A stretch of 64,000 nucleotides of DNA, taken from positions 2,061,737-2,125,736 of the forward strand of contig OY730441.1 of NCBI GenBank assembly GCA_963422665.1, given 5' to 3'. Source of the DNA: Alphaproteobacteria bacterium. GTDB lineage: Bacteria > Pseudomonadota > Alphaproteobacteria > Bin95. The notes beneath the pieces are model-generated. The model searched no databases. It was not told where the DNA came from and was given only the letters and a program-made list of their open reading frames with translations. Both the position numbers and the translations under genes were made by a program. Below, one piece after another: positions 1-11,987 of this stretch. Each line of letters starts with the position of its first letter. Within the stretch, counting starts at the first letter, position 1.

Positions 1-1317
1 CATCGAGGACGAACCGTTCGATTCCGTGATTTCCGAGACGACGCGAACCGTGTAGGGGAAGTCCTCCTTCTTCGGCAGCAGCGGCCGGACGGCGCGCCAG
101 GCCAGCTTGCCGTGGCCGATCTCGCGCCGGCCCGGCGCGCGCAGCATCCGCGCCTCGCCGGTAGAGTAGGGCGGGAAGTTGTAATGGAGCATGAAGTGTT
201 CGCGATACTCGCCGTCCAGCGCATCGACGATCTGCTCGTCTTGCGACGTGCCGAGCGTGGAGACCACGATCGCCTGCGTTTCGCCGCGGGTGAACAGCGC
301 GCTGCCATGCTGGCGCGGCAGGATGCCGACCTGGCAATCGATGGGGCGCACCGTTTCCAGGTCGCGGTCGTCGATCCGCTTGCTGGTGTCCAGAACGGCG
401 CCTCGCACGATGTCGCGTTCGAGGTCCTTGAAGAAGGGGGCGGCCACAGCCGGGTCTGTGCCGGACTCTTCCAGCCTGGCCAGAACTTCCGTCTTGGCGG
501 CTGAAATTGCCGTCTGGCGGGCCTGCTTCTCGCGAAGTGCGTAAGCGTCGCCCATGGGCGCACGGCCCAGTTCATAGACCTTGGCCTTCGCGTCCTCGGC
601 GCCGGGCTCGGGATCGGGCAGATCCCACGGGTCCTTGGCGCATTCCTCCGCCATGTCGATGATGGCGTCGATGACCGGCAGGAAGCCCCGATGGCCGAAC
701 ATCACGGCGTCCAGCATCTGCTGCTCGGGAAGCTCCTGCGCTTCCGACTCCACCATGAGCACGCCCTCAGAGGTGCCCGCGACCACAAGGTCCAGGGTCG
801 AGGACTGCATTTGCTCCGTTGTGGGATTGAGGACGAACTCCCCGTCGACGATGCCGACCCGGGCGCCGGCAATGGGGCCGAGGAACGGGATTCCGGAAAG
901 CGTCAGCGCAGCCGAGGTGCCGACCAGCGCGACGATATCGGGATCGTTCTCCAGATCGTGGCTCATCACCGTGCAGACGATCTGGGTTTCATTGCGGAAA
1001 CCCTTGGCGAACAGCGGGCGGATCGGCCGGTCGATCAACCGCGAAGTCAGCGTTTCCTTCTCGCTCGGCCGCGCCTCGCGCTTGAAGAAACCGCCGGGAA
1101 TCTTGCCGGCGGCATAGGTCTTTTCCTGGTAGTTGACGGTCAGCGGGAAGAAGTCGAGCCCGACTCTCGGGCTCTTCTCCGCGACCACGGTGCACAGCAC
1201 CGCCGTTTCTCCTAGGCTTGCCATGACGGCAGCGTCGGCCTGGCGCGCGATGCGGCCGGTCTCCAGGACCAGCGGGCGTCCGCCCCAGTCAATTTCCTTG
1301 CGGACGATATCGAACAT
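1..1317 (-). CDS. pnp: polyribonucleotide nucleotidyltransferase (PNPase), 5' part; runs off the window
   Basis: Read manually: [31 protein letters not shown]...[27 protein letters not shown]...[12 protein letters not shown]. Lies downstream of rpsO. Missing from the ORF track because its stop is outside the window. Confidence 0.97.
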   Translation of the reverse strand, partial: MFDIVRKEIDWGGRPLVLETGRIARQADAAVMASLGETAVLCTVVAEKSPRVGLDFFPLTVNYQEKTYAAGKIPGGFFKREARPSEKETLTSRLIDRPIRPLFAKGFRNETQIVCTVMSHDLENDPDIVALVGTSAALTLSGIPFLGPIAGARVGIVDGEFVLNPTTEQMQSSTLDLVVAGTSEGVLMVESEAQELPEQQMLDAVMFGHRGFLPVIDAIIDMAEECAKDPWDLPDPEPGAEDAKAKVYELGRAPMGDAYALREKQARQTAISAAKTEVLARLEESGTDPAVAAPFFKDLERDIVRGAVLDTSKRIDDRDLETVRPIDCQVGILPRQHGSALFTRGETQAIVVSTLGTSQDEQIVDALDGEYREHFMLHYNFPPYSTGEARMLRAPGRREIGHGKLAWRAVRPLLPKKEDFPYTVRVVSEITESNGSSSM

Positions 1318-1380
1318 ATCGGATGAAACCCTTTCCATGGCCACGACCCGGACGGTGCGGCCTTTTGTATGTTTCCTGTC

Positions 1381-1402
1381 GGACGCCGGCCATCCGGCGT
1401 CC
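1381..1402. terminator. perfect 9-bp GC hairpin between rpsO and pnp (terminator or processing stem)
   Basis: GGACGCCGG-ccat-CCGGCGTCC. No clear U-tract. Confidence 0.4.
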
Positions 1403-1408
1403 CGGTCG

Positions 1409-1678
1409 TTAGCGGCGCAGGCCGAGGCGTTCGATCAGCGACCGATAGCGCCCGTTGTCTTTCCCGCGCAGGTAGTCGAGCAGGCCGCGGCGCTGGCCGA
1501 CCATCACCAGCAGGCCGCGACGCGAGTGGCGGTCCTTCTTGTGTGTCTGGAGGTGCTCGGTCAGATTGCGGATGCGTTCCGTCAGGATCGCCACCTGCAC
1601 CTCCGGCGATCCCGTGTCGTCTTCGTTCGTACGAAACTCCTGGATGAGTTCGGTCTTTCGTGCGGCGGTAATCGACAT
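1409..1678 (-). CDS. rpsO: 30S ribosomal protein S15
   Basis: [15 protein letters not shown]...[16 protein letters not shown]...[12 protein letters not shown]...LGLRR, 89 aa. Confidence 0.98.
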   Translation of the reverse strand: MSITAARKTELIQEFRTNEDDTGSPEVQVAILTERIRNLTEHLQTHKKDRHSRRGLLVMVGQRRGLLDYLRGKDNGRYRSLIERLGLRR

Positions 1679-1700
1679 CTGTTGCTCTCGTTCCTTGCAG

Positions 1701-2630
1701 CTATTGATTGACAACCCGCACCGGCCGAACCGTTCCGGAATCATATCGGGCCACGGCGACAAGAACCTCGCCCACCCGGGCGCGGATTGTCATGCCGTCG
1801 TGAAACCCGGCGATCCGCGGAAGATCGGCCGCGCTAAACAGCCGCAGCGCCTGTCCATTCCTGAGCGCTGCAGCCTCTTGCTCCGAGACGGACAGAGCCG
1901 GGATGTCGGCCAGCGACCTGTCCGTCGGCAGCAAGAATACACTCTCCGATCCTATATGGGCCAGAGTTTCCAGTTCTTCCAGCGTAATTGCGTCCTCGAC
2001 GCGAAACGGCCCGACGCGCCGCCGCCGGAGTGCAGAAACATGTCCGACCGTGCCGAGCGCGGCGGCGAGGTCGCGCGCGATGGCCCGGACATACACACCC
2101 TTGCCGGTCTCAGCCGTGAATTCTGCGCTGTCCTGGCCCAGGCGACGTTCGAGCCGCAGGTCCATGACTTCGACGGGACGGGCCCGCAGGTCGGGCGCTT
2201 CGTTGGCACGGGCCAGGTTGTAGGCCCGTTTCCCGCCGACCTTGACGGCGGAATATTGCGGCGGGGTCTGCATGATTTGTCCGATAAAGGCGGGCAGGGC
2301 GCTCTGGATGGCGTCATCGTCCGGCCGTGCGGCGCTTGTCTCCACAACCTTGCCGTCGGCGTCGTCCGTGTCGCGGGATTCGCCCCAGCGCAGCGTGAAA
2401 CGATAGACCTTGCTGCCTTCCATGACCCAGGAGACCGTCTTGGTCGCCTGGCCGAGAGCGACCGGCAGCACGCCGGTCGCGAGCGGATCCAGCGCCCCGC
2501 CATGCCCGATCTTGGCGCCGCCGCTTAGTCGCTTGATCCGGTTGCAGACATCGGTGGATGTCATGCCGGCAGGTTTGTCCACGACAATCCAGCCGTTGAG
2601 GTCGGTCCGTTTCGGCCGCCTATGAGCCAT
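1701..2630 (-). CDS. truB: tRNA pseudouridine(55) synthase
   Basis: [41 protein letters not shown] motifs. Start placed at MAHRR. Confidence 0.95.
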   Translation of the reverse strand: MAHRRPKRTDLNGWIVVDKPAGMTSTDVCNRIKRLSGGAKIGHGGALDPLATGVLPVALGQATKTVSWVMEGSKVYRFTLRWGESRDTDDADGKVVETSAARPDDDAIQSALPAFIGQIMQTPPQYSAVKVGGKRAYNLARANEAPDLRARPVEVMDLRLERRLGQDSAEFTAETGKGVYVRAIARDLAAALGTVGHVSALRRRRVGPFRVEDAITLEELETLAHIGSESVFLLPTDRSLADIPALSVSEQEAAALRNGQALRLFSAADLPRIAGFHDGMTIRARVGEVLVAVARYDSGTVRPVRVVNQ

Positions 2631-2988
2631 GCCGGTTCCGCCGGATAAGTGTTTCGACCCGTTCGGCTTCGTCGAAACTGCGGTCGCGCCGGAACTCGAC
2701 GATCGGCGTGAACTTCGCCTCGAGCATGCGGCCGAGCTCGCCCCGGATATGGCCTGCCGCACGGTTCAGCGCCGCGACCGTGTCGTCGATATCGTCGCGG
2801 CCAAGCATCGAGACAAACGCCGTCGCCCGTTTCAGGTCGGGTGACATCACGACTTCGGAAACGGTGACCATCTCCAGCGCCTGCAGGTCGGGGTCGCGGA
2901 AAGTGGCCCGGGCAAAGATTCCGGCTGTCGCATGGCGGACCGTTTCGCCCATGCGCAGCCGCCGCGGGCCGGTCCGGGCATGCTTCAT
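2620..2988 (-). CDS. rbfA: ribosome-binding factor A
   Basis: [10 protein letters not shown]...[19 protein letters not shown]...[14 protein letters not shown]. Lies between infB and truB. Confidence 0.92.
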   Translation of the reverse strand: MKHARTGPRRLRMGETVRHATAGIFARATFRDPDLQALEMVTVSEVVMSPDLKRATAFVSMLGRDDIDDTVAALNRAAGHIRGELGRMLEAKFTPIVEFRRDRSFDEAERVETLIRRNRHGS

Positions 2989-5612
2989 GGCAGCGTGCGC
3001 TGCACTTCCTCGGTCTCGTAGCATTCGATGACGTCGCCCACCTGGATGTCCTGGTAGGACTCGAACGACATGCCGCACTCGAAACCTTCGCGCACCTCTC
3101 GCTGTTCTTCCTTGAACCGTTTGAGGGTCGCAAGGCGTCCCTCATGGATGACGATATTGTCACGCAGCAAACGCACGCCGGCGCCGCGCCGGACCACGCC
3201 TTCGATGATCCGGCAACCCGCCACCTTGCCGACGCGGGTGATGTTGAAGACTTCCCGGATATCGGCCTGCCCGATCTGGCGTTCGCGCAATTCGGGCGCC
3301 AGCTTGCCTACCATCGCATCCCGGATATCGTCGATCAGTTCGTAGATGATCGAATAGTACCGGATATCGACGCCATGCTGCTGGGCAGCAAGGCGGGCCG
3401 GGTTCGCGGCGCGGACATTGAAACCGATGATGAAGCCGCCGGACGCATGCGCGAGGGTGACATCGCTCTCCGAGATGCCGCCCACGCCACTGTGCAGGAT
3501 CTCCACCTGCACCTCGTCGCCGCCAAGCTTCGCAAGCGCGCCCACGATGGCCTCGACCGACCCTTGCACATCCGCCTTTACGACCAGCGGCACCTTCTCG
3601 GTCTTGCCGGCGGCGAGGCTCTTGAAGATATCGTCTATCGAGCCCCGCCGGATTGGCGCCGCGCTCGCCGCCCTGTCGCGCCGGGCGCGGTATTCCGTAA
3701 CCTCGCGGGCGCGCCCCTCGCTGTCCACGACGACAAGCTCGTCGCCGGCGACAGGCGGGCCTGACAGCCCGAGCACTTCGACCGGCGCCGACGGGCCGGC
3801 TGACTTCACCCTTCCGGTCCGGTCGTCGACCATCGCCCGGACCTTGCCCCATTCGGCGCCCGCGACGACGATATCGCCGACCCTGAGCGTACCGTTCTGG
3901 ACCAGAATGGTCGCCACTGCGCCGCGGCCCCGGTCGAGTTGCGCCTCGACGACAATACCGCTTGCCCCGCGGCCCGGGTTGGCCTTCAACTCCATCAGGT
4001 CCGCCTGGAGCAGAACGGCTTCCTCCAGAGTGTCGAGACCGGTCTTCGCTGTTGCCGACACCTCGACCATCTGCACGTCGCCGCCGAATTCCTCCGCGAC
4101 CAGTTCGTGCTGCAAGAGGTCGTTCCGGACCCGCTGCGGCTCGGCTTCCGGCCGGTCGACCTTGTTGATCGCGACGATGATCGGGGCGCCGGCCGCCTTG
4201 GCGTGCGCAATCGCTTCGATTGTCTGCGGCTGGACGCTGTCGTCGGCCGCGACCACGAGAATAACGATGTCGGTTGCGCGGGAGCCTCGCGCGCGCATCG
4301 CCGAGAAGGCTTCGTGGCCGGGCGTATCGAGGAAGGTGATGTCGGCCCCGGACGGCGTCCGCACCCGGTATGCGCCGATATGCTGCGTGATCCCGCCAGC
4401 CTCGCCGCTGACCACGTCCGTCTTTCGGAGCGCGTCGAGAAGCGAGGTCTTGCCGTGGTCCACATGGCCCATCACGGTCACGACCGGCGCACGAGGCTTG
4501 AGATCGGCGTCCTCGTCCGGCAGGCCGGAAAGCCCCGCCTCGACGTCGCTCTCCGCGACGCGGGTGACGCGGTGCCCGAACTCCTCGACGACAAGTTCCG
4601 CCGTATCGGCATCGATGGCCTGAGCCGGCGTGGCCCGGATGCCGTTCTGCATCAGCACGCGAATGACATCGACCGCGCGTGTGGCCATCCTGTTGGCAAG
4701 TTCGCTTACCAGGATGGATTCGGGCACGACGACTTCGCGCTGGATAAACTGCTGCCCTTCTCCCGAGGCTTGGCGCTGGCGTTCGCGTTCGCGGGCCCGG
4801 CGCACCGACGCAAGGGAGCGCTGGCGTTCCTGTTCGACTTCTTCATCCAGCGCCTGGACGATGGTGAGCTTGCCGGCGCGGCGGCGCGGTTCGGCGCGGC
4901 GCTGCTGTGCAGCGGGCCGCTTGTCGTTGCGCCGCCGTCCGCCGCGGTCCTCTTCGTCCCGTCCGCCGGCGCGCCGTCCGCCCGGCGCGTCAACAGGCGG
5001 AGCCGGGGCCTCGGAGGGGCGCGCCGACGGCCGGCCGGTCGGCCGGGCGCGACGGGCGGCCGCATCGGCCGGACGCCGGGCGGACACGCCGCCGGGCTGC
5101 CGGTCGCTGCGCGCCGGTTCGGCCGGGCGCGCCGCGTCCCGGCGGGCCTCCTCGGCCGCGCGCTTCTTCTCTTCGTCTTTCTGGCGCCGCGCGTCGATTT
5201 CATCCTGCTTGCGCTGTTCTTCGGCGTTGGCGGCCTTGAGTTCGGCAAGCTCGCGCGCCCGCTGTCCCGCCCGGAGTTCTTCAGGGCTCAACGGCAGGGA
5301 GGACGGCGGCGCTTCGGGCGCCGGTTCGGCGGCAATGGCGGGAGCGGACGGCGGTTTGGGGCGCGCCTGCAAGGCCCGTGCCCGCGCGGCGCGCTCTTCG
5401 GTGCTCAGCCCGCCGACTTTCTGCTGTGCGTCCTTGCCGGGCTTGTCGGTGATGATCGTGCGTTTGCGCTTGACCTCTACCGTGACCTGTTTCGACCGGC
5501 CGTGGGAAAAGCTCTGGCGAACCTTTCCGGCGTCCACTCTCTTCTTAAACTCCAGCTTACTCGGGCGGGACAGGCTGAGCTTGCCGCCGTCGCGATCGCC
5601 GCTTTCGGTCAT
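2985..5612 (-). CDS. infB: translation initiation factor IF-2
   Basis: [12 protein letters not shown]-terminus, [37 protein letters not shown]. Confidence 0.98.
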   Translation of the reverse strand: MTESGDRDGGKLSLSRPSKLEFKKRVDAGKVRQSFSHGRSKQVTVEVKRKRTIITDKPGKDAQQKVGGLSTEERAARARALQARPKPPSAPAIAAEPAPEAPPSSLPLSPEELRAGQRARELAELKAANAEEQRKQDEIDARRQKDEEKKRAAEEARRDAARPAEPARSDRQPGGVSARRPADAAARRARPTGRPSARPSEAPAPPVDAPGGRRAGGRDEEDRGGRRRNDKRPAAQQRRAEPRRRAGKLTIVQALDEEVEQERQRSLASVRRARERERQRQASGEGQQFIQREVVVPESILVSELANRMATRAVDVIRVLMQNGIRATPAQAIDADTAELVVEEFGHRVTRVAESDVEAGLSGLPDEDADLKPRAPVVTVMGHVDHGKTSLLDALRKTDVVSGEAGGITQHIGAYRVRTPSGADITFLDTPGHEAFSAMRARGSRATDIVILVVAADDSVQPQTIEAIAHAKAAGAPIIVAINKVDRPEAEPQRVRNDLLQHELVAEEFGGDVQMVEVSATAKTGLDTLEEAVLLQADLMELKANPGRGASGIVVEAQLDRGRGAVATILVQNGTLRVGDIVVAGAEWGKVRAMVDDRTGRVKSAGPSAPVEVLGLSGPPVAGDELVVVDSEGRAREVTEYRARRDRAASAAPIRRGSIDDIFKSLAAGKTEKVPLVVKADVQGSVEAIVGALAKLGGDEVQVEILHSGVGGISESDVTLAHASGGFIIGFNVRAANPARLAAQQHGVDIRYYSIIYELIDDIRDAMVGKLAPELRERQIGQADIREVFNITRVGKVAGCRIIEGVVRRGAGVRLLRDNIVIHEGRLATLKRFKEEQREVREGFECGMSFESYQDIQVGDVIECYETEEVQRTLP

Positions 5613-6217
5613 CCTTGTCTCCCGTCCGCCGTTCCATTGCGGAAGCCGGCAAGCCGTCCGGCTTCGCGGGCGAACCGCTCCGCCAGCCGACCCGGACCTA
5701 GCACCGCATGAACGGTAATGTCACGCCCTATTGCCGCGCCCATTTCGGCCGCGGTCAAAACCGATACCGCAGGCAGGCCCCGTGAGAGGCCGGCGAGCGC
5801 CCGCCTTCCGTTCTCCGCGCCGTCCAGCGCTTCGATCAGAACCCCGCCGCGGCCTTCCCGAAGCCATTCGCATGCGCCTTCATAGCCGGCTGCGAGCAAT
5901 CCCGAGCGCCGGGCAAGTCCCAGCAGGCTGCAGCAACGCTGCGCCAGACCGGCCTCGACGCGCGCTTCCAGATCTTCGGGCAAGGAGACTTGCCGCCGCG
6001 CGGCGCGCTGGAACGCCCGTCCGCGCCGTGCGGCCTCCAGGCTCTTCGGATCGGCGCCGACCCAATAGCCTCGTCCGGGCAGCTTTTCCTCGAAATCGGG
6101 CGTGAGTCCGCCATTCGGTCCGATGACGAACCGAATCAGCTCCCGGCGCGGCCGGCGCCGATGCGTCGCGACGCATCGGCGCATCCCGCCGTCGTCCTTC
6201 GTTGCCGCGCTGGCCAC
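5609..6217 (-). CDS. YlxR/DUF448 RNA-binding protein with L7Ae-like C-terminal domain
   Basis: RRCVAT...LIRFVIGP...KLPGRGYWV, then LLGLARRSG. Lies between nusA and infB. Confidence 0.88.
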   Translation of the reverse strand: MASAATKDDGGMRRCVATHRRRPRRELIRFVIGPNGGLTPDFEEKLPGRGYWVGADPKSLEAARRGRAFQRAARRQVSLPEDLEARVEAGLAQRCCSLLGLARRSGLLAAGYEGACEWLREGRGGVLIEALDGAENGRRALAGLSRGLPAVSVLTAAEMGAAIGRDITVHAVLGPGRLAERFAREAGRLAGFRNGTADGRQG

Positions 6218-6233
6218 GTTCTCGTCCGTCTCC

Positions 6234-7868
6234 TCACGACCGGTCGCCGGCCGGCTCTTCGCCGACGGGCTCGTCTTCTTCGCCGGCAGGTTCGTCGTCG
6301 AACCAGTGAGCCCGGGCTGCCATTATCATCGCGTCAGCGGCACCGGCATCGAGGACGCTCGCTGCGAGGCCGGCTTCGAGCGTCTCCTGGTCGAGTTCCG
6401 CAATCGCGTCGAGGTCGCGGCGCTCGTGCATCGGGCTCGCGATAAAGCGCAACTCGTCGCTCGAGAGGTCGGCGAAATCGTCGAGCGTCAGGACGCCTGC
6501 ATGCCCGAGCGCCACGACGATGTGACCGTTGAGGCCCTCCATTTCCGCAAGCTCGTCCGCAACGCCGAGTTCGATGCGCTCGCCGTCCAGCCGCGCTGCC
6601 TGCTGTTCGAGGAAGTCCTGCGCACGGCGCTGCAATTCTTCGGCAATCTCCTCATCGAAGCCCTCGATGTCCACCAGGTCTTCGATGCCGACATAGGCGA
6701 CTTCCTCAAGGGTCGTGAACCCTTCGGTGACAAGCAGTTGCGCAATGAGCTCATCGACGTCGAGCGCGTCGATGAACAGCACCGAGCGCTGCCGCATTTC
6801 CTCCTGGCGGCGCTCCGACTCTTCGGCTTCGGTGAGAATGTCGATAGACCAGCCTGTGAGCTGGCTCGCGAGGCGGACGTTCTGGCCGCGGCGACCGATC
6901 GCCTGGCTCAGCTGGTCGTCCGGCACGACGACCTCGATGCGTCCATCCTCCTCGTCGAGCACGACCTTCACCACCTCGGCCGGGGCGAGCGCATTGACGA
7001 TGAAGGTCGCCGGATCCTCGGACCAGGGGATGATGTCGATCTTTTCCCCGTGGAGCTCGCTCACAACCGCCTGCACGCGGCTGCCGCGCATGCCGACGCA
7101 GGCGCCTACAGGGTCGATACCGGGGTCGTTGGAGATCACCGCGATCTTGGCGCGGCTGCCCGGGTCGCGGGCCACGGCGCGTATTTCGATGATGCCGTCA
7201 TAGATTTCCGGCACCTCCTGGGCGAACAGCCGCACCAGGAACTCGTTGCGCGTGCGCGACAGGAAGATCTGCGGGCCGCGCGTCTCTTCGCGAACTTCGT
7301 GGATCAGGGCGCGGACGCGCTCGTTGCGGCGCGGATGCTCGCGCGGGATGATCTCGTCCCTGCGGAGCACCGCCTCCGCCTGGCCGAGATCGACGACTAC
7401 ATGGCCGAACTCGTTGCGCTTGACCAGGCCGTTTACGATCTCGCCAACCCGTCCGACGAACTCCCGATACTGCCGCGCGCGCTCGGCTTCGCGCACCTTC
7501 TGGACGATGACCTGCTTCGCGGACTGGGCGGCGACGCGGCCGAAATCGATCGGCGGCAGATCGTCGATCAGCATGTCCCCGACCTTCGCGGACGCGTCGT
7601 AACGCTGCGCGTGGGTCAGGGTCATTTGTGCGAACTCGTCCTCGACTTCCGCATCGTCCTCGACCACCTCCCGATAGCGCGCCAGCCGGATTTCTCCGGT
7701 CTTGCGGTCGATCGAGGCGCGAATATCGTGCTCCAGGCCGTATTTGGACCGTCCTGCGCGCTGGATCGCCTGCTCCACGGCAACGATGACCTCGTCGCGG
7801 TCGATGCCTTTTTCACGCGCCGCGCTGTCCGCGATCTGCAGTAGTTCGGGCCCGAGGATGTTCACCAT
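6234..7868 (-). CDS. nusA: transcription termination/antitermination factor NusA
   Basis: [60 protein letters not shown]. Confidence 0.98.
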   Translation of the reverse strand: MVNILGPELLQIADSAAREKGIDRDEVIVAVEQAIQRAGRSKYGLEHDIRASIDRKTGEIRLARYREVVEDDAEVEDEFAQMTLTHAQRYDASAKVGDMLIDDLPPIDFGRVAAQSAKQVIVQKVREAERARQYREFVGRVGEIVNGLVKRNEFGHVVVDLGQAEAVLRRDEIIPREHPRRNERVRALIHEVREETRGPQIFLSRTRNEFLVRLFAQEVPEIYDGIIEIRAVARDPGSRAKIAVISNDPGIDPVGACVGMRGSRVQAVVSELHGEKIDIIPWSEDPATFIVNALAPAEVVKVVLDEEDGRIEVVVPDDQLSQAIGRRGQNVRLASQLTGWSIDILTEAEESERRQEEMRQRSVLFIDALDVDELIAQLLVTEGFTTLEEVAYVGIEDLVDIEGFDEEIAEELQRRAQDFLEQQAARLDGERIELGVADELAEMEGLNGHIVVALGHAGVLTLDDFADLSSDELRFIASPMHERRDLDAIAELDQETLEAGLAASVLDAGAADAMIMAARAHWFDDEPAGEEDEPVGEEPAGDRS

Positions 7869-7889
7869 GGCGGGGTCGCCTTCGCTTTC

Positions 7890-8396
7890 CTAGATTGCGC
7901 CGTCGGCCGCGGCCGCCAGCAACGCGTCGGTCATCAGCAATTTCGCCGATTTGACGGCGGCCAGTGGGAGTTCCGCCTTGCCCTGTTCCGTCCGCAACCG
8001 CAGGGTTCCTCCTTCCAGGCCCTCCAGCCGGCCGCGGAATCGGCGTTGGCCGGCCATGCCGTCCTCAAGCTCGATGCGGGCTTCGAAACCGGCAAAGCGC
8101 TCGAAATCGCCCGGCCGGGTGAGCGGCCTGTCGATTCCGGGGGAACTCACCTCCAGCGAATAGGCTTGCGGAATCGGGTCTTCGACGTCCAGCAACGCCG
8201 ACAATGTCCGGCTTGCCTCGGCGCAATGGTCCACGGTCATGCCGCTCCCGTCCTGCCGCTCCACCATGATCTGCAGCACCGGGTCGCTGCCTCCGAACCG
8301 GACGCGCACGAGATCGTAGCCCAGCCCCTCCAGGACGGGCGCCACAAGGTCGGCCACGCGCTGCGCGGCGGCGCTGTCGGCAACGGTTACGGCCGT
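7890..8396 (-). CDS. rimP: ribosome maturation factor RimP (probable ACG start at 8396; alternative GTG at 8357)
   Basis: LDVEDPI...YSLEVSSPGIDRPL motif. GGAG lies 7 nt upstream of an in-frame ACG. Confidence 0.93.
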   Translation of the reverse strand, partial: TAVTVADSAAAQRVADLVAPVLEGLGYDLVRVRFGGSDPVLQIMVERQDGSGMTVDHCAEASRTLSALLDVEDPIPQAYSLEVSSPGIDRPLTRPGDFERFAGFEARIELEDGMAGQRRFRGRLEGLEGGTLRLRTEQGKAELPLAAVKSAKLLMTDALLAAAADGAI

Positions 8397-8410
8397 CGAT
8401 CTTCTCCCGA

Positions 8411-8450
8411 CGAAAAAAGCGGCCCGAAGCCCCCAATTCGCTTCCCACTG
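8411..8450 (-). promoter_or_regulatory. rimP leader stem-loop with U-tract (possible attenuator)
   Basis: Minus strand reads GAAGCG..GGGGC-TTCG-GGCCGC-TTTTTT, just upstream of the rimP SD. Confidence 0.35.
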
Positions 8451-8505
8451 TCAAGAATGAGCAGCCCGCATCCACGACAAGCAGGCAAGCGCGGGAAATA
8501 TAGCG

Positions 8506-9207
8506 TCAAGCCGGGGAAACCGCAACGCCGTCGCAGCGGGCGAAGCGCAGATAGGTCGATTTGACGCCTGCCGCCCGCGCTTTGGCTTCATATCGCGTTT
8601 CGGGCCAGTCCGGCGGGCGTCGCCGCCAGTCGTCGGCGCCTGCGGCCGTCCAGGCGAATGCGGGATGCGTTGTCAACCGTTCCAGCATCCAGTCGAGATA
8701 GCCGGTGTGATCCGTCGCCAGGCGAAGCTCCGCGCCCGCCCGCATGGTCCGCGCCAGTCTGTCGAGCATCGGACGGGCGACGAGGCGCCGGTTATAGTGT
8801 CTCGCCTTCGGCCAAGGGTCCGGGAACAGGACGAATACTCGCCCTAGCGCGTTGTCGGGCAGCCGGTCCAGCACCGCCGTTGCGTCGTCGCAATGTATGC
8901 GGATGTTCTCGAGGCCCTCCGCTTCGGCGCGCGCGGCCAGGCTCGCAACCCCGTTGATGTACGGTTCGGCGCCGATAAAGCCGATGCGCGGGTGGCGCGC
9001 GGCCTGCCAGGCCAGATGCTCGCCGGCCCCGAAACCGATTTCGAGCCACAGGTCCTCGATGTCGAAACCGAACAACGCCGCCGGATCGAGCGGCCCGTCG
9101 GGCAACAGCAAGGCGGGAAGAGCCGCATCCAGGGCTCGACGGCGTCCGGGGTTCAGAGGCCGGCCGCGCCGCCGGCCGTAAGATCGGTAACCGGTCGGCT
9201 CGTTCAA
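8506..9207 (-). CDS. trmB: tRNA (guanine-N7)-methyltransferase
   Basis: [35 protein letters not shown]. Confidence 0.95.
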   Translation of the reverse strand: MNEPTGYRSYGRRRGRPLNPGRRRALDAALPALLLPDGPLDPAALFGFDIEDLWLEIGFGAGEHLAWQAARHPRIGFIGAEPYINGVASLAARAEAEGLENIRIHCDDATAVLDRLPDNALGRVFVLFPDPWPKARHYNRRLVARPMLDRLARTMRAGAELRLATDHTGYLDWMLERLTTHPAFAWTAAGADDWRRRPPDWPETRYEAKARAAGVKSTYLRFARCDGVAVSPA

Positions 9208-10388
9208 GTAAGCGCGGCCTGCAGGTCCTTCGCGAGGTCGGTCCGTTCCCAGGAGAAGCCGCCGTCATCCTCCGGCTCGCGGCCGAAATGGCCGTAGGAA
9301 CTGGTTCGCTTGTATATAGGGCGGTTGAGCATGAGGCGGGTGCGGATGCCGCGCGGGCTGAGATCGACCGTTTCGCGCACAGCGTCCGCAAGCTTCTCGT
9401 CCGGGACCCGGCCCGTGCCCTGGGTGTTGACCAGCACGGAAATCGGATTCGCAACCCCGATGGCATAGGCGACCTGCACGACGCACTTGTCCGCAAGGCC
9501 CGCCGCAACCACGTTCTTGGCGACATAGCGGGCCGCATAGGCAGCGGAGCGGTCCACCTTGCTCGGGTCCTTGCCGGAGAAGGCGCCGCCGCCGTGCGGC
9601 GCTGCGCCGCCATAGGTATCGACGATGATCTTGCGGCCCGTGAGGCCCGCGTCGCCGTCCGGCCCGCCGACGATGAACTTGCCGGTCGGGTTTACGAAGA
9701 ACCGGTCCTCAGGGCACATCCAGCCTTCGGGCAGCACGGCCTCGACGAAGGGGCGAACGATACGCTTAACCGCCTCCTGGTCCTCGCCGAAACGTTCGTG
9801 GTGTTGAGTGGAGACCACGATCGAGGTCGCCCGCACCGGGCGGCCGTTCTCGTATAACAGGGTGACCTGGCTCTTGTTGTCCGGCCCCAGATCGTCGCCC
9901 AGGTCGCCGCGGCGGCGGGCCTCGGCGAGCCGATACAGTATCTGGTGGCTGTATTGGATTGCGGCCGGCATCAGTTCCGGAGTCTCGCGGCAGGCGTAGC
10001 CGAACATCAGCCCCTGGTCGCCTGCGCCCTCGTCCTTGTTGCCGACGCTGTCAACGCCCATTGCAATGTCTTCGGACTGCTTGTGGACCACGCAGAGCAC
10101 GGTGCTGTCGCGCCAGTGGAAGGTGGGCTGCTCATAGCCGATTTCGCACACGGCCTGACGCGCGAGTTCGCTCATCCGTTCGCGGGTAATGGTGCAGGGA
10201 CCCCGGACTTCGCCGCCGATCACGATGAGATTGGTTGTCACCATCGTTTCGACGCCGCAGCGGTTAAGCTCCGGTTCGCCCTCCGCCATGAAGGCATCCA
10301 CGATCGAGTCCGAAATCCGGTCGCAAATCTTGTCCGGATGGCCTTCGGACACCGACTCGCTGGTGAAGTGATAGCTGCCTTCGAGCAC
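9204..10388 (-). CDS. metK: S-adenosylmethionine synthetase
   Basis: [52 protein letters not shown]. Confidence 0.98.
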   Translation of the reverse strand: MLEGSYHFTSESVSEGHPDKICDRISDSIVDAFMAEGEPELNRCGVETMVTTNLIVIGGEVRGPCTITRERMSELARQAVCEIGYEQPTFHWRDSTVLCVVHKQSEDIAMGVDSVGNKDEGAGDQGLMFGYACRETPELMPAAIQYSHQILYRLAEARRRGDLGDDLGPDNKSQVTLLYENGRPVRATSIVVSTQHHERFGEDQEAVKRIVRPFVEAVLPEGWMCPEDRFFVNPTGKFIVGGPDGDAGLTGRKIIVDTYGGAAPHGGGAFSGKDPSKVDRSAAYAARYVAKNVVAAGLADKCVVQVAYAIGVANPISVLVNTQGTGRVPDEKLADAVRETVDLSPRGIRTRLMLNRPIYKRTSSYGHFGREPEDDGGFSWERTDLAKDLQAALT

Positions 10389-10478
10389 GGGGCGGACGCT
10401 CCCTGACTACGGCATGACGCGAGGCCCGCCGGAGGATTCAGATTAACGACCCGTTGTCGCAAGCCGGGGCCGGAAGGG

Positions 10479-11987
10479 TCAAGTATATTGGCGTCGCACC
10501 GTTCTGCTGCGCCAGGCGGCGAAGGCGGCAAGAAGGGCGACGCCGCTGAAAAAGGGCAGATCGCCCAGCCGGCTGTAGATTGTTTCCGTAAGCGGGGGCG
10601 GCAGGCGGATGTCGAGGCTGCCGGTCCTGCCGAGCCCTGTCCTGCCAAGGCGGCGGCCATGTCCGTCCACCGCGCCGGTGATGCCGGTATTGGCGACGCG
10701 CATCACCGGCAGGCCGGTTTCGATCGCTCGCATCCGCACGATCTCGAAATGCTGGTGCGGTCCCGCCGTCTCGCCGAACCAGGCGTCGTTGGTGAGGTTC
10801 AGCAGCCATTCCGGCCGCGCGTCGGCCGCAACGGTCTCGCCCGGAAAGATCGCTTCGAAACAGATCAGCGCGCCGAACGGCGGGAGGCCGGGCAGGGTGA
10901 GCGTCGAGGGACCCGGGCCGGCCGCGAAGTCCTGCCGCCCGACCGTCAGCTTCGCGGCGCCGAGCAGTCCGCGCAACGGCACATATTCGCCAAACGGCAC
11001 GAGATGCGCCTTGTCGTGGCGTCCCTGCAGGCTGCCCTCGCGGTCTATCGCAAGGATGCTGTTGTAGTAGCGTCCGTCCTCCCGCCAGGGCGCGCCCGAG
11101 ATCAACCCCCGGCGACTCCGCACGCTCTTTCCCAGTGCCTCGACAAGCGGCGATTCGGAATGCAGCAGCCGGGTGACCGCCGTTTCGGGCCATATGACGG
11201 CGTCGGGCTCGGGGTCCGCCGCGCCGAGACGCACAAGGCGCTGCAAATGGGCGGCGACCTCCCCGCGGCGCCACTTGTCGGATTGCGGGATATTGGGTTG
11301 AACGAGACGCAGCAGCGGTGCGCTTGCGGTTGCAGCGAGGTCCGCCTGGGGCGCGCGGCCGAGGCGAAGCTCGCCGTAAGCGAACATCGCCGCAACCGCC
11401 AGCATTGCCGTTGTCCACCCGCGCCGGTCGGCGACCGACAGCAGCAGGCACACGGCGAGCGTCGCAAGCCCCAACCCGTAGATGCCGGTCGCCGCGGCCA
11501 CTTGTTCGACTGCCGGCACATGCAGCCAGGCATATCCGAACAGGTTCCACGGAAAGCCGGTGAGCATGTGGCCGCGCAGCCAGTCGCCGAGCCCGAGCGC
11601 GGCCGCCAGCGCCAATGCCCGCCCGACACCGGGCTGCGTCAGGCGGTGTGCGACCGCAACGGGAAAGGCCAGAAAGCATGAGAGCAGTCCCGCCAGGCCC
11701 AGAACGGCTGCCGGTCCGCCTGCAGCCATGGCCCCGCCAACCACGAAAAATGAGCCGGCAACCCAGTAGAGGCCGGCGGCGAAGAACCCGAAGGCGAAGG
11801 CGAAGGCGGTCAGGAAGGCGGTGCGGAACCGCGACGTCCCGTCCAGCAACCAGGCGAACGCAACAAGACCCGCAGCCAAAGCGGGCGTTGCTCCCAGGGG
11901 CGGCATGGCCAGTGTGGCCCCGCCGCCCGCCGCCAGCGCGGCCAGAAGCCGGTTCCGGCCTGCCAGGCTGGCGAGCCGCGCCCTCAT
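10479..11987 (-). CDS. lnt: apolipoprotein N-acyltransferase
   Basis: N-terminal TM helices, TGFPW, QPNI, WPETA, KAHLVPFGEYVP, ICFE, TNDAWFG. Confidence 0.95.
   Translation of the reverse strand: MRARLASLAGRNRLLAALAAGGGATLAMPPLGATPALAAGLVAFAWLLDGTSRFRTAFLTAFAFAFGFFAAGLYWVAGSFFVVGGAMAAGGPAAVLGLAGLLSCFLAFPVAVAHRLTQPGVGRALALAAALGLGDWLRGHMLTGFPWNLFGYAWLHVPAVEQVAAATGIYGLGLATLAVCLLLSVADRRGWTTAMLAVAAMFAYGELRLGRAPQADLAATASAPLLRLVQPNIPQSDKWRRGEVAAHLQRLVRLGAADPEPDAVIWPETAVTRLLHSESPLVEALGKSVRSRRGLISGAPWREDGRYYNSILAIDREGSLQGRHDKAHLVPFGEYVPLRGLLGAAKLTVGRQDFAAGPGPSTLTLPGLPPFGALICFEAIFPGETVAADARPEWLLNLTNDAWFGETAGPHQHFEIVRMRAIETGLPVMRVANTGITGAVDGHGRRLGRTGLGRTGSLDIRLPPPLTETIYSRLGDLPFFSGVALLAAFAAWRSRTVRRQYT

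Noticed and set aside
10389-10478. Possible SAM riboswitch upstream of metK
   Set aside because: No convincing SAM-II or SAM-SAH core. The segment looks more like a promoter (TTGACC...). An Infernal search would settle it.
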